A stretch of DNA of 64,000 bases from Chiloscyllium plagiosum (lineage: Eukaryota), in assembly GCF_004010195.1 (NCBI RefSeq), contig NC_057720.1, positions 27,032,611 to 27,096,610 on the forward strand. Reading direction: 5' to 3'. The notes beneath the pieces are model-generated. The model was not told the origin of the DNA, did not search any database, and worked only from the letters and a program-made list of their open reading frames with translations. The position numbers and the translations under genes were made by a program. Positions 63,578 through 64,000 of this stretch are shown here, one piece after another; the first letter of the stretch is position 1, and each line of letters begins with the position of its first letter.

Positions 63578-64000
63578 TTAGTTTGTAATATTGGTGGGAG
63601 GGTGAACTGTGATGAGGATGCAGAGATCCTTTATAATGATGTGGACAGGTTGGGTAAATCAATGGCAGATGCAACATAATTGGGATAAATGTGAGATTAT
63701 TCACTTTGGAAGCAAAAACAAGAAGGCAGATTACCACTTGAATGGCTGCAACTTGGGAGAGGGGAGTGTGCAGCTAGACCTTGGTGTCCTTGTGTACCTG
63801 TCGCTGAAGGGAAGCAGATCGATGCAACAGGTGATAAAGAAGGCAAATGGTATGTTGGCCTTCATTGCGAGAGGTTTCGAGTACAGGAGCAGGGATGTGT
63901 TGTTGCAGTTACACAGGGCCTTGCTGAGGCCGCACTGAGAATATTGTGAGTGGTTTTAGTCTCCTTTTCTGAGGAAGGATGCTCTTGCTCTCGAGGGAGG
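63578..64000 (+). mobile_element. CR1 LINE RT 3' fragment running off the window
   Basis: WQMQHNWDKCEIIHFG..KKANGMLAFIARGFEYRS. Confidence 0.9.

Overview
Eukaryotic, repeat-dominated non-coding DNA, most likely from a cartilaginous fish. HE1-type tRNA-derived SINEs and HER1/CR1 LINEs point to a shark; this is inference from repeat content. I found no supportable host protein-coding gene, rRNA, true tRNA or CRISPR array. Nearly all listed ORFs are transposon fragments, antisense artefacts or run through N gaps (7832-7845, 45992-46090, 51119-51470). Contents: many CR1/HER1 LINE pieces (some nested, one 5'-inverted), about 9 HE1 SINEs, Deu-domain SINEs, L2/Rex1/RTE fragments, a LINE with a tRNA-like 5' head plus its short derivatives, two TA-flanked MITEs, faint Harbinger-like fossils and a 37-bp minisatellite. 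The most notable signal is about 20 Penelope-like (GIY-YIG) element copies from at least 5 tail families, most carrying an intact or decayed minimal hammerhead-ribozyme core. These include fold-back insertions with target-site duplications (TSDs), short copies whose 5' ends cluster at the ribozyme core, and one family with a compensatory U3-A8 core. Hammerheads in Penelope-like elements are known; the details here were read by eye and are untested.
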